A stretch of 64,000 nt of DNA from Ignavibacteriota bacterium (GCA_963701295.1 OY969585.1:1760001-1824000), one strand, 5' to 3'. Shown: positions 50,352 to 62,285, counted from the first letter of the stretch. Numbers and translations are program-made. Notes: generated by a model from the letters alone, not told the origin.

Positions 50352-51106
50352 ATGGAAAGGCATATAATTCAAATCTCTGTCCGCTGGTATGGCGAGCTCA
50401 ATGACAATCTTCCAGCGGAACAACGGGGTACGTCACCTCTCTTCATCGAATTGAATCTGGCGTAGCAATTGGTGAATTTGTGTCCCAATTTGGAATTCCA
50501 TTCGATCGCATTGATCTTGTACTTGTAAACGGCGTCTCGGTGGATTCTAGACATCAATTGAAGGATAACGATCGTATCGCCTTATTTCCGGTATTCGAAA
50601 GTTTCGATATTGCTTCTGTCACGAAAGCTCGAGAGCATCCTCTTCGTCAGCCGAAATTCATTCTTGATGTTCACCTCGGAAAACTTGCCAATCTTCTTCG
50701 AATGCTCGGATTCGACACACTATATCGAAACGATTACACAGACAATATTCTTTGTAGAATTTCTCTTAAGGAGAATCGAACTCTCCTGAGTAAGGATAAA
50801 TCCTTGATCGAAACCGAGAGTCTCACTCATGCATATTTGGTCAGGAATAAAAATTCACGTCTTCAGCTTATTGAAGTTCTCGATCGATTTCAACTTTTCG
50901 CTCTTGCTGCTCCTTTCACACGGTGCATTGAATGCAATTTAACGCTCCAAAAAGTCGATATGGTAAAAATTCTCTCCCGTATTCCCGAAAAAGTGAAGGA
51001 ATGGTGTACCGAATACCAATGGTGCAGTGCTTGCAATAGAATCTACTGGAAAGGCTCCCACTATCAGAAGATGCAGGAATTTATATCGTCTCTTCCTGAA
51101 AAATAG
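50352..51106 (+). CDS. Mut7-C RNase (ubiquitin-like + PIN + Zn ribbon), apparent frameshift at ~50425-50431
   Basis: ISVRWYGELNDNLP (frame from ATG 50352) continues in another frame as FGIP..IDLVLVNG..FILDVHLGKLANLLRMLGFDT..RCIECN..C..CNRIYWKGSH. Confidence 0.85.
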
Positions 51107-51150
51107 TTATACGACAGCAGGTATTTTAAAAGCGGAATTATAAAATCGGA

Positions 51151-51322
51151 GAAGAAATGCCAACAGGAAGTTACTCGAAACAATGGAATGCTGCGAATAT
51201 GTCGAGTGGAATATACTTCTATCGTTTGCGGGTTGGATCATTTACTGAGACGAAGAAACTGATTTTGCTTAAGTAAAGGGCAATTGCACCCAAACCCACC
51301 GGTCAACTCGACAGAATGAGTG
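51151..51322 (+). pseudogene. Relic cassette: last 41 codons of a third T9SS-sorted gene plus a decayed attC left arm
   Basis: [41 protein letters not shown] (51151-51276), then CAATTGCACCCAAAC..TCAACTCGACAGAATGAG, resembling CAATTGCACCTAAC..TCAAGCTGACGGAA at 46290. Confidence 0.75.
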
Positions 51323-51540
51323 TGAGTGTCAAAAGACAAGAGAAATAAATCAGCACATCAAAGTTTTACCCATAAACTAAGAAATCCTCACCGATTTCCA
51401 TCGATGAGGATTCTTCTTTAGACTTAGTAGCGGGGGCCACGCCTACGTTTCACTTCGGCGGGCAGGCAGGATGCCGATTTAAAACAAATCGGCATTTCAC
51501 AAAAAACGTTCAACTTGAATTTAAACCATCCAATTACTAT

Positions 51541-51583
51541 AAAAACAGAAAACCCCAGACAAACTGGGGATTTTCTGTTTTTT
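51541..51583 (-). terminator. Intrinsic terminator downstream of tRNA-Met
   Basis: AAAAACAGAAAACCCCAG-acaaa-CTGGGGATTTTCTGTTTTT. Confidence 0.85.
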
Positions 51584-51584
51584 G

Positions 51585-51657
<73 letters not shown>

Positions 51658-51855
51658 ATCTTTAGTAATTTAATATACAATCATTTTGATGCTCAGTCAA
51701 GGTGCTTTTTACTGCAATCAAAACTCAACTTAATAAAAAGTAAATTTAAATTTGCCTGCTAATCTGTCCTCATACCAGGATTGTGTGATATAACTTTACT
51801 CAAGTGCTATTCACTTGTGACTCTCTCCTGTCGTACCTTCTTGCATTTTCTGTGA

Positions 51856-52998
<1,143 letters not shown>

Positions 52999-53060
52999 AA
53001 ATTCAGAGGTGTTTCTTTCTGCCCGTTGCGACCAACTTCGGGCAGATTGTTATTTTCCAT

Positions 53061-53096
53061 CGGGCTGACGACTGATCGTGTCGAAGCCCGTTTTTT
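53061..53096 (+). terminator. Terminator-like hairpin after gap
   Basis: CGGGCT...AGCCCG followed by TTTTTT. Confidence 0.55.
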
Positions 53097-53171
53097 ATAT
53101 ATAGAAATCATACTTCAAAAAACTCCTCTAACGGGGGTTGCAAACATCCATTTCTCTTTCTGGAGAAGATT

Positions 53172-54437
53172 ATGAATAAAAAAACTGTGACCGATATTGA
53201 TTTCAAAGGAAAGCGCGTGATTATGCGTGTAGACTTTAATGTACCGCTTAAGAACGGCGTCATTCAAGATGATGTTCGTATGCGTGCAGCGCTGCCTACT
53301 ATTAATTATATTCTCGAAAAGAAACCAAAGTACCTTGTGCTGATGTCTCACCTCGGCGATCCGAAAAAGGATACAGAGAAGGCAAAAGAGAAAGCCGAGA
53401 AAGACGGCAAACCGTTTGATGAAGCAAAATTCATCGAAGGCAAATTCAAGATGAAGCCGGTGGTAGAACATCTATCCAAACTTCTTGGTAAGCCTGTGAA
53501 ACTTGCTCCGGCGGCAATTGGCGCCGAAACCAAAGCAATGGTAGACGGTTTGAAGGATGGAGAAATTCTGATGCTCGAGAATACGCGCTTCCACAAGCAG
53601 GAAACATCAAAGGATCTTGCCGATCGTGAACAGATGGCGAAGGAACTTGCGTCGTATGGTGATGTGTTTGTCAACGATGCGTTCGGAACCGCACACCGCG
53701 CACACGCCTCTACGGAAACAATTGCACATTACTTGCCTGCAGTTGCAGGATTCTTGATGGAGAAAGAACTTGCCTATCTTGGCAAGGCAGTAGAGAATCC
53801 GGTGAAACCGTTCGTTGCGATCATCGGCGGTGCTAAAATATCCGGCAAAATTGACGTTATACAAAATTTGATGGGAAAAGTCGACGCACTCCTTATCGGC
53901 GGCGGCATGATGTTTACATTCTATAAAGCACAGGGAATGGAAATTGGGAAATCATTGTTAGAACAAGATAAGGTTGATCTCGCAAAGAAAATATTAGATG
54001 AAGCGAAAGCAAAGAACGTGAAACTGCTCCTGCCCATTGATTGTATTATCTCCGATAAGTTCGACAATGCAGCTGCAACGAAAACAGTGAATATCAACGC
54101 TATTCCCTCTGATTGGATTGGGATGGATATCGGTCCTGAGACGATCAAGTTGTTTGTAAGCGAAATCTTGAAAGCGAAGACGGTGGTATGGAACGGCCCA
54201 ATGGGTGTATTCGAAATGTCGAATTTTGCAAAAGGAACCACGGCGGTTGCCCAAGCGTTAGCAGATGCAACGAAGAAAGGCGCTACTACGATTGTTGGCG
54301 GCGGAGATTCTGCATCAGCAATTGCGCAAGCCGGGCTCGACAAAGCTGTTTCGCATGTATCCACGGGCGGTGGAGCTTCGCTGGAGTTTTTGGAAGGCAA
54401 AATTCTTCCCGGCGTTGCGGCGTTGAATGACAAATGA
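53172..54437 (+). CDS. pgk: Phosphoglycerate kinase
   Basis: [42 protein letters not shown]. Confidence 0.98.
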   Translation: MNKKTVTDIDFKGKRVIMRVDFNVPLKNGVIQDDVRMRAALPTINYILEKKPKYLVLMSHLGDPKKDTEKAKEKAEKDGKPFDEAKFIEGKFKMKPVVEHLSKLLGKPVKLAPAAIGAETKAMVDGLKDGEILMLENTRFHKQETSKDLADREQMAKELASYGDVFVNDAFGTAHRAHASTETIAHYLPAVAGFLMEKELAYLGKAVENPVKPFVAIIGGAKISGKIDVIQNLMGKVDALLIGGGMMFTFYKAQGMEIGKSLLEQDKVDLAKKILDEAKAKNVKLLLPIDCIISDKFDNAAATKTVNINAIPSDWIGMDIGPETIKLFVSEILKAKTVVWNGPMGVFEMSNFAKGTTAVAQALADATKKGATTIVGGGDSASAIAQAGLDKAVSHVSTGGGASLEFLEGKILPGVAALNDK

Positions 54438-54450
54438 AAGGTGGCAAATA

Positions 54451-54517
54451 AAAAGTAAAAGGTAGAAGGTAAGAGGTAGAGGGGAAAAGGCAGAAGGTAG
54501 AAAGTAGAAGGTAGAAG
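54451..54517 (+). repeat. Degenerate heptamer tandem repeat (AAGGTAG-like)
   Basis: aaagtaa aaggtag aaggtaa gaggtag ... aaggcag aaggtag aaagtag aaggtag, about 9 units. Confidence 0.75.
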
Positions 54518-54641
54518 AAGATGGACTGTTGGCGAAAGGCTGAATATTGACAACTTTCTCTATCAATCACAAAATTTCCAAATCACTGAATCATGAAATC
54601 ATCATATTTTAGAATTGTCTATCGGAAATCGAAAATCATAA

Positions 54642-55556
54642 ATGGCTTACGGCAATCAAGGTAATTATTATCGTCCATCGATGTTCGGGGGATTTCAATT
54701 CTTCCCGCCGGTGGTAAAAACGTTGTTACTCACCAATACAGCAGTATTTATTTTGATGTGGTTCTTCGGATCATTTCACATCGGAGAAATAGGTTTCAGA
54801 AGAATCTTCGATGAATTTTTTGGACTCATGCCTTGGGGCAATGGTTTTTTCCCCTGGCAGCTTATCACGTACCAGTTTGTGCATGCAGATTTCTGGCATC
54901 TCTTCTTTAATATGGTGTTTGGACTGTGGATGTTTGGAATGGAGGTTGAGCATGCATGGGGTTCCAAAAAGTTCCTGATTTATTATTTATCCTGTGGAGT
55001 GGCAGCAGGAATTTCACAATTAGTTCTCTCACCAATATTCGAACCAGCACTCGGTCCGACAGTCGGCGCGTCTGGTGCAATTTATGGAGTACTCATTGCC
55101 TTCGCAGCAATGTTCCCGGATCGATACATTTATCTTTACTTCTTGATTCCCTTAAAAGTGAAATACTTCGTTATGATACTTATTGTCTTCGGCGTTCTAT
55201 CGGTCGGTGGACAAGGAAATGTCGCAAATCTTGCCCATCTCGGCGGTGCGCTTGCAGGGTATCTTTACATTTTGTATGATCGACGGCGTCTTATAAGCGG
55301 GAGGAAAAACTCGGGAACTTTTCAGTCGAGCATGGCATCTGCACTGTGGAGCAAGCCAAGTAGTACCGCAGGTGATGTGGTTGATGCAAAGGTATTCGAT
55401 ATCGATGAATCGAAATCATTTGAATCAAAAGAAAAACCGATCGATGCGCAAAAACGCATTGATGACATTCTCGATAAGATCAGCCGCAGTGGATATCAGA
55501 GTCTGTCAGAAGAAGAAAAGAAGATTCTCTTTGAAGCCAGCAAGCGGATGAATTGA
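54642..55556 (+). CDS. Rhomboid-family intramembrane serine protease
   Basis: WQLITYQFVH..HLFFNM, VGASGAIYG, AHLGG; C-terminal IDDILDKI..SGYQSLS.EEK.IL domain. Confidence 0.93.
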   Translation: MAYGNQGNYYRPSMFGGFQFFPPVVKTLLLTNTAVFILMWFFGSFHIGEIGFRRIFDEFFGLMPWGNGFFPWQLITYQFVHADFWHLFFNMVFGLWMFGMEVEHAWGSKKFLIYYLSCGVAAGISQLVLSPIFEPALGPTVGASGAIYGVLIAFAAMFPDRYIYLYFLIPLKVKYFVMILIVFGVLSVGGQGNVANLAHLGGALAGYLYILYDRRRLISGRKNSGTFQSSMASALWSKPSSTAGDVVDAKVFDIDESKSFESKEKPIDAQKRIDDILDKISRSGYQSLSEEEKKILFEASKRMN

Positions 55557-55597
55557 TGGAGTAGATGAGTCTTTGATCAGATGAGTAGTTGAACAAA

Positions 55598-56686
55598 ATG
55601 GAAAAACACGAGACATATAAGGTGAGCAGACGAAGGAAAACCCGGCAAGTGAATGTCGGCGGCGTCAAAGTCGGCGGTGATGCGCCGATCTCCGTTCAGA
55701 CGATGACAAAGACGAAAACCGATGACATCGCAGGAACTGTCGCACAAATTAAGGCTGCAGCAGAGGCAGGTGTCGATATTGTTCGCGTAACAGTGAACGA
55801 CAAAGAAGCGGCAGCCGCGATGGCGGAGATTGTAAAGCAGTCACCGGTACCGATCGTAGCGGATATTCATTTCAATCATGTTTTTGCATTGAAGGCGATA
55901 GAAGCCGGCGTTGCGAAAGTCCGACTCAATCCTGGCAATATTGGTTCGAGGGATCGCATCCAACAAGTGCTGGCAGCGGCAAAAGACCGAGGCATCCCGA
56001 TTCGCATCGGTGTCAATTCCGGTTCTCTGGAAGAAGATATTCTTCAAAAACACGGATATCCAACGGCAGAAGCGCTGTTCGAAAGCGCGATGCGGCATGT
56101 GCAAATCTGTGATGAACACAATTTTAAGGATGTTGTCATTTCCGTAAAATCCACCGATGTGAAATTGATGATTGAAGCATACAGATTAGTTGCAGAGCGA
56201 ACGGATATTCCTCTTCATCTTGGTGTGACAGAAGCCGGACCAACACGAAGCGGTACCATCAAATCGTCGGTAGGTATCGGTGCGTTACTGGCCCAAGGAA
56301 TTGGAGATACGATTCGTGTTTCGCTGACCGATGACCCGGTGAAGGAGGTCGAGGTCGGGAAAGAAATTCTGCGTTCGCTTAGCCTTGCCTCTCGCAATAT
56401 CGAGTTGATCGCTTGTCCGACCTGCGGACGGATTGAAGTGGATCTCTTTAAAATTATGGGCGAGTTGGAAGAAAAACTTGCCGGCATAAAAAAATCGGTA
56501 TCGATTGCAGTGCTCGGTTGTGTCGTCAATGGCCCCGGTGAAGCAAGCGCAGCAGATATCGGCATTGCCGCAGGCAAAGGAGTTGGAATTCTTTATCGTA
56601 AAGGTGAGATGATCAAGCGTGTCAAAGAAAGCGAGATTGTTTCAACTATTGTAGAAGAAGTGGAAAAGTTTCAGCCAAGGAATTGA
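55598..56686 (+). CDS. ispG: (E)-4-hydroxy-3-methylbut-2-enyl-diphosphate synthase
   Basis: VGGDAPISVQTM, ADIHF, RLNPGNIG, IRIGVNSGSL, ACPTCGR, GCVVNGPGEA. Confidence 0.97.
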   Translation: MEKHETYKVSRRRKTRQVNVGGVKVGGDAPISVQTMTKTKTDDIAGTVAQIKAAAEAGVDIVRVTVNDKEAAAAMAEIVKQSPVPIVADIHFNHVFALKAIEAGVAKVRLNPGNIGSRDRIQQVLAAAKDRGIPIRIGVNSGSLEEDILQKHGYPTAEALFESAMRHVQICDEHNFKDVVISVKSTDVKLMIEAYRLVAERTDIPLHLGVTEAGPTRSGTIKSSVGIGALLAQGIGDTIRVSLTDDPVKEVEVGKEILRSLSLASRNIELIACPTCGRIEVDLFKIMGELEEKLAGIKKSVSIAVLGCVVNGPGEASAADIGIAAGKGVGILYRKGEMIKRVKESEIVSTIVEEVEKFQPRN

Positions 56687-56966
56687 ATAGGGCATGTCCA
56701 TTACTCTAAGGTCTCTATCATTCGGCTGCCGTACTATGCCGGCCCTCAGTTCTACTGAAACTCCACAGCTTTCCACTCGACGTACAAAATAGCATAATCT
56801 CGAAAGTCAGCGGTTTGCCACCTTTTTTGTTGTATCCCTCTCTCATTTCCCCATCTTACATAAATTAAAAATAATATAGAACTGTAAACCTTTTGTTCCC
56901 TCCTCTGTCTAACTTACATAGTTCACAGAGAAAGAATATTCGCAATAATAAAAGGAAAAACATACT

Positions 56967-57443
56967 ATGAAAAAACTCGGAGTATTCGTTGCGGCCGCAC
57001 TCGTAATGGTGAGTACCAACCTGTATAGCCAACCAGCGGAGGGTAGAGGACCCCGTAAATTTATTGAACAATTGAAGTTGACTGAAGGGCAAAAAAAGGA
57101 TTTTGAAAAAATCCATGTTGACATGGAGAAACAAGAAATCGCCCAGAAAGCAAAAAAGGAAACAGCACGAGTTGAGCTTCGGCAATTATTCAAGGCAGAC
57201 AATCCTGATAAATCAGCTATTGAGAAAAAAATGAATGAGATTGCGGATCTTGAAGTGCAAATGCATATGATCAGGATCAACTCATGGTTCGACGTTAATA
57301 AACTGCTGACCCCGGAACAGCAAAAGACTTGGAAAAAGGCGCTTGAGTATGGTTCTGAAATGCAATGGAGGAAGATGGGGATGGACCATCGTGGTGGACA
57401 TTCTATGCTGCCTCATCATGAAGAGCCGATGCCAAAGAAATAA
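56967..57443 (+). CDS. Spy/CpxP-family periplasmic chaperone
   Basis: Signal peptide; LKLTEGQ and LLTPEQ (LTxxQ) motifs. Confidence 0.85.
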   Translation: MKKLGVFVAAALVMVSTNLYSQPAEGRGPRKFIEQLKLTEGQKKDFEKIHVDMEKQEIAQKAKKETARVELRQLFKADNPDKSAIEKKMNEIADLEVQMHMIRINSWFDVNKLLTPEQQKTWKKALEYGSEMQWRKMGMDHRGGHSMLPHHEEPMPKK

Positions 57444-57470
57444 TCGATATTGAATAGCTCTGTCTGGATA

Positions 57471-57509
57471 AGAGAAATGGGTCGGGAGATACTCTCGGCC
57501 CATTTCTCT
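57471..57509 (+). terminator. Hairpin/terminator
   Basis: AGAGAAATGGGTCGGGAG-ata-CTCTCGGCCCATTTCTCT. Confidence 0.7.
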
Positions 57510-57609
57510 GTACATCCGTAACACTCTGAATTGTTTCGTGGAACTCCGCACTCCTTTTAAGAGTTAATAGGAGAAAGGAGAACAATAAATAATTACTCAG
57601 GAGACAATC

Positions 57610-57972
57610 ATGGCAGAGCAATTAACAAAAGATACATTTCTGCAAAAAGTATTTGACTATGAACAAAATAAAGAATGGAAATACCAAGGGGATATCCCCG
57701 CTATTATAGACTTTTGGGCGCCATGGTGCGGGCCATGCCGAATGGTAGGGCCGATCATTGATGAGCTCTCAAAAGAATATGCCGGTAAGGTGAACTTCTA
57801 TAAAGTGAACGTGGATGATGAACAGGAACTTGCGGGAATCTTTGGTATACGCAGCATTCCTTCGATGTTGTTTGTTCCGAAAGAAGGGAAACCAAAGATG
57901 TCTGTTGGTGCGCTTCCGAAAGAAGCACTTGTTGAAGCGATTGAGACTGAATTAAGTGTGTCGGTAAATTAA
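57610..57972 (+). CDS. trxA: Thioredoxin
   Basis: IDFWAPWCGPC. Confidence 0.95.
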   Translation: MAEQLTKDTFLQKVFDYEQNKEWKYQGDIPAIIDFWAPWCGPCRMVGPIIDELSKEYAGKVNFYKVNVDDEQELAGIFGIRSIPSMLFVPKEGKPKMSVGALPKEALVEAIETELSVSVN

Positions 57973-58188
57973 TAGATTCTGATATACAAGAACTCCGATG
58001 AACCTTTTATGTGTGTCGGAGCTGGAAAAATCCGCAGAAATATAAAATATAACACGCTGCACTAGCAATTATTCCGTCTATTTACGTAATAATCCCCTCC
58101 ATTTAACCTTTGCGCTTTCCCTTGCTTTTCTTTAACTTCTTTTGTCAGCAGACAGCATAACGAATCCACCGTTGTATAATGGAGTTAT

Positions 58189-58734
58189 ATGAACACAAAT
58201 CATATCTCTTGGATCGTTCCTGGTTATCTCTTCCTTTGTCTCATCATCTCTGGATGTTTTACTCCGAAAGAATTAAACACCGAATCCATTCCAGCCATCA
58301 AGAACTTTGATTTGAAGCGATACCTTGGCATGTGGTACGAGGTAGCACGCCTGCCGCATTCTTTCGAAACCGGACTGGATCGTGTTACGGCAACATATAC
58401 ACTTCAGGAAGATGGCACAATTAAAGTCCTTAACAAAGGTTTCGATACTTCCAAGGGAGAGTGGAAAGAGGCGAGTGGGAAAGCATATATACCGGATTCT
58501 TTGGCAGGGGCGCTTCTCAAGGTTAGCTTCTTTTGGATATTTTACGCCGATTACAAAGTAGTCATACTCGATACGGTGAATTATTCTTATGCTATGGTTA
58601 CGAGCAGTTCGAAGAAATATTTATGGATTTTGAGCAGGTCGCCCCAATTGGAACAACCTATCTATGATGAGCTTGTTCGAAATGCAACTGAGTGGGGATT
58701 TAATACTTCCCAGTTATATAAAGTACCTCAATAA
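58189..58734 (+). CDS. Lipocalin (Blc-like) lipoprotein
   Basis: IISGC lipobox, FDLKRYLGMWYEVARL, YLWILSR. Confidence 0.92.
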   Translation: MNTNHISWIVPGYLFLCLIISGCFTPKELNTESIPAIKNFDLKRYLGMWYEVARLPHSFETGLDRVTATYTLQEDGTIKVLNKGFDTSKGEWKEASGKAYIPDSLAGALLKVSFFWIFYADYKVVILDTVNYSYAMVTSSSKKYLWILSRSPQLEQPIYDELVRNATEWGFNTSQLYKVPQ

Positions 58735-58773
58735 TAGAGGAATATACTCTTCTACCAAAAAAGGAGTTCTACC

Positions 58774-59601
58774 ATGGATCTTCAAGACAAATGTGCTATT
58801 GTTACCGGCGGGGCACTGGGAATCGGCCTTGCAACCTGCAAGCGTCTTTTAGCAGAAGGTGTGAAAGTTACGATTTGGGATATTAACCAAGCCGCATTAA
58901 AGACGGCAAAAAAAGAACTTGCAAAACTTGGCAAGGTGCATTTCTATCAATGTGATGTAGCGAATAAACGGCAGGTACAGAAGCATGTGAAGATCGCTCA
59001 AAAAGAGATGGGACGCGTTGATATCCTCATTAATAATGCCGGGTATGTGTCGGGCGGCGATTTACTTGATCATCCAATTGAAGATTGGGAAAAGACCATC
59101 GATGTGAATCTCAAGGCGCTCCTCTACACAACGTATGCAGTGCTTCCCGAAATGTATAAACGCGACAACGGACATATCGTTAATATATCTTCAGCGGCAG
59201 GCACTATTGGTGTGGCCGGTCTTTCTGTCTATGCGGCAACAAAATGGGCAGTTTGGGGATTAACCGAATCACTTCGGATGGAGGCATTGAACAATGGAAA
59301 GGCCGGAGTGAAGTATTCGACTATTCATCCAGGGTATATTGCGACTGGGATGTTTGAAGGGGCAAAACTTGGTATCCCGGGCCGTTGGATTGTCCCACTC
59401 GTAAAAAATCATGACGTAATCGCAAAAGCAATCGTTGAGGATGCACTGAAGAAAGAAAAATATTCGCCTAAACGTCCGCGCACAGTCAATCTAAATCTTC
59501 GATTCCGCGCGCTTATGCCGGATCGGTGGTTCCAACGCTTCCTCATCCTGATGGGAGTTGCAAGAAGTATGAAAACGTGGTATGGAAGGAGAAAAAAGTA
59601 G
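58774..59601 (+). CDS. Short-chain dehydrogenase/reductase
   Basis: TGGALGIG, NNAG, YAATK. Confidence 0.93.
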   Translation: MDLQDKCAIVTGGALGIGLATCKRLLAEGVKVTIWDINQAALKTAKKELAKLGKVHFYQCDVANKRQVQKHVKIAQKEMGRVDILINNAGYVSGGDLLDHPIEDWEKTIDVNLKALLYTTYAVLPEMYKRDNGHIVNISSAAGTIGVAGLSVYAATKWAVWGLTESLRMEALNNGKAGVKYSTIHPGYIATGMFEGAKLGIPGRWIVPLVKNHDVIAKAIVEDALKKEKYSPKRPRTVNLNLRFRALMPDRWFQRFLILMGVARSMKTWYGRRKK

Positions 59602-59697
59602 GTAAGTAGTTCCCGCCGAAGGCAGACCCGCCAGACTGTAGAGCGGGCTGGTGTGCCTCCGGCACAAAAAATTGAGTAATTCAAGAATGAGGATACT

Positions 59698-61268
59698 ATG
59701 CCTGTAAAGAAAAAAACAATTTCTATCAATCCCGCAACGGGAAAAATCATTGGTCACACACCAGTGAACACTGTGGAAGAACTCGAACGTGCTGTTGCAC
59801 TTGTGAAAATCGCACAGCCCGATTGGATAAAGCTTAGTTTCGATGAACGGGCAAGCCATCTCTTCCGTATTCGCGATTACATCGTAGAGAATACTGACCG
59901 CATTGCGGATATTATCTCAAGAGATAACGGCAAAACGAAGATAGATGCACTCAGGTACCTGAAGTGCTTCCTATTGCAATGGCGATCACGTATTATGCAA
60001 AAAATGCTAGAAAAGTGTTGAAGAGAAAGCGGCTCCGCGGCGGAAGTGTTCTCACGATCAACAAGCGTTCGTATGTAGATCGGGTACCAGTTGGGGTTGT
60101 CGGCATTATCAGTCCATGGAATTATCCGTTTGCGATTCCATTTCATGAAATTGCCATGGCATTGATTGCCGGAAACGGTGTTGTGCTGAAAGTTGCAACA
60201 CAAACACTCGAAGTCGGCAAAATGATCAAACAATGTGTGGAGGCGGGCGGATTGCCGGAGAATCTTTTCTCACTCATTAATATGCCCGGGAGCGTAGCGG
60301 GAGATGCTTTTTTGAATTCCGGAATCGATAAACTCTTTTTTACCGGTTCAGTTGCCGTAGGTAAACAATTGATGGAGAAAGCCGCAAATCGCCTTATTCC
60401 TGTTTCACTTGAACTTGGTGGAAACGATGCAATGATCGTTTGCAGTGATGCCAATTTACACCGTGCAGCAAGCGGAGCACTATGGGCTGGAATTTCTAAT
60501 TCGGGACAATCGTGCGCCGGAGTTGAACGGATTTATGTGGAAGCAGATATCTATGAAGCATTTATTTTTTTATTGAAAAAGAAGATGAGTGAGCTAACAC
60601 AAGGCGTGGATGTGGATTCAAATGTTGATATTGGTTCAATGACAACTTTGCAGCAGTTGAAGAAAGTTCAGCAACATCTGAAAGATGCTCTGAAGAAGGG
60701 AGCTAAAATATTTCCTGAAATTACAAAAGTGAAGAAGGGCGAAAAAGGGTTGTTTCATCAGCCCATGATTCTGGAGAATGTTTCGGATGATATGATGGTG
60801 ATGAACGAAGAAATCTTCGGCCCTCTGCTTGCCGTGAAGAAAGTCGGAAGTATTGAAGAAGCAATTGCCCGCGCAAATGCTTCCATCCTTGGCCTTACTG
60901 CCTCTGTGTGGACAAGAAACAGGAAGAAAGGGCATGAAATTGCATCACAGCTCGAAGTTGGTTCAGTGACGATCAATGACCATCTGATGAGTCACGGGCT
61001 TGCGGAGACACCTTGGGGTGGTTGGAAAGAGTCTGGCATCAGCCGGACACACGGATTTATCGGACTTGAGGAAATGACCCAAACGCGTTGTGTGGTAGAC
61101 GATATTCTTCCCTGGGTTCAAAAAAACATGTGGTGGTATCCGCACAGCAAAAAAGTATACAATGGATTAAAAGGAGCGCAGGAGTTCCTGTATTCAAAGA
61201 AACCGGGAAAGAAACTTTCAGGCGGTTTACGGCTTGTACAGGTATTCTTGAGAACATTTAAAAAATAA
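59698..61268 (+). CDS. Aldehyde dehydrogenase, apparent frameshift at ~59954-59959
   Basis: SINPATG N-terminus in one frame; ISPWNYP, FTGS, LELGG, GQSC, EEIFGP in the next. Reading AGGTACCT as AGTACT gives IDALSTEVLP. Confidence 0.9.
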
Positions 61269-61321
61269 AAAAGCGGAGACAGCATTGCTGCCCCCGCATG
61301 TAAAAGGTCCATCGAAATATA

Positions 61322-61952
61322 TTAGAATCTAAGACCGGCAGTTAAGATAATGCCATTGTTAAAGACTTTTGCATCGCTGTCTTTCCCGAGCTTTGTTTGA
61401 CCCAATACATAGCGTGCATCGATCTCTAAAATTAAAAATTCGACACCAACACCAACAACAATAGAGAAATCGTTCTTTGTTATTTGATCTTTAATATCGG
61501 TTTCAGTAGAGCTTGACGGCAATCCAGGTAAATTCGAATTTACTTCGTCTTTATTCTTTGCTGAAAGTAATATACCGTATGATACTCCACCTTCTATGTA
61601 AGGACTAAATATGGGTATTGGTAAATTAAATTTTACGAGTACCTGGAATGTCTATATAGTCGCCACTCAGTGTAATTTTTTCAGTGACATAACTATTTCC
61701 AGTGTTGGGTTCATAGATACCCCCTTTTTGGATATACATTACTTCCGGCTGGATAGCAAGCCCCGCTATTAACCCAATCTTATAAGATATTCCACCCGCT
61801 ATGCCGAGTTTGTGTGTAGGATCAACTCCACCTAGCGATTTATCAGCTCCACTAAACGTTGCGAGATCAATACCTCCCTTAATACCAAATTGGGAAAATG
61901 CTACAGATACGGCAAGAAGCGTCATCAGTGAAACTAATAGAATTTTTTTCAT
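61322..61952 (-). CDS. Outer-membrane beta-barrel (PorT/porin family), apparent frameshift at ~61643
   Basis: QFGIKGG..AIQPEVMYIQKG..DYIDIP; removing one base gives VLVKFNLP..PYIEGG..DARYVLG..LTAGLRF. Confidence 0.85.
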
Positions 61953-62285
61953 AAGAGAATCCTTTATGTTAATATGTGATGTAGTGAACTCTGGTATCTG
62001 TCCAGAATAACCTCAGAAGTATAGATAAAACAAAAATCATGTTCAAGAGGAAATCCCCCCCAAAAAAAATAGGAAGAAGAGTAGCTTATTATGAAGTAAA
62101 ATCAGCAAAAGAAGGTGGTATAAATATTGACAACGGTCACAACAATTGCCAAACAGCAGTGAAGGAAAGTTTATGGGCTTTCATGTGATTAATTGGTTTC
62201 GCGCTTTTGTTATTGGACATAAGAAAATGAGTACAAAATAAAAGCCGACGTTCCACACGTAGGCTTTCTTTGAAAGAGAGTAAGT

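Noticed and set aside
44211-51276. Diversity-generating retroelement (similar C-terminal segments at 46.2, 49.2 and 51.2 kb as VR/TR)
   Set aside because: No reverse transcriptase, differences are not adenine-specific, and the shared part is simply the conserved T9SS sorting domain.
53921-54570. Minus-strand ORFs rich in LLPSTFY
   Set aside because: Artefact of the heptamer repeat and the antisense strand of pgk.
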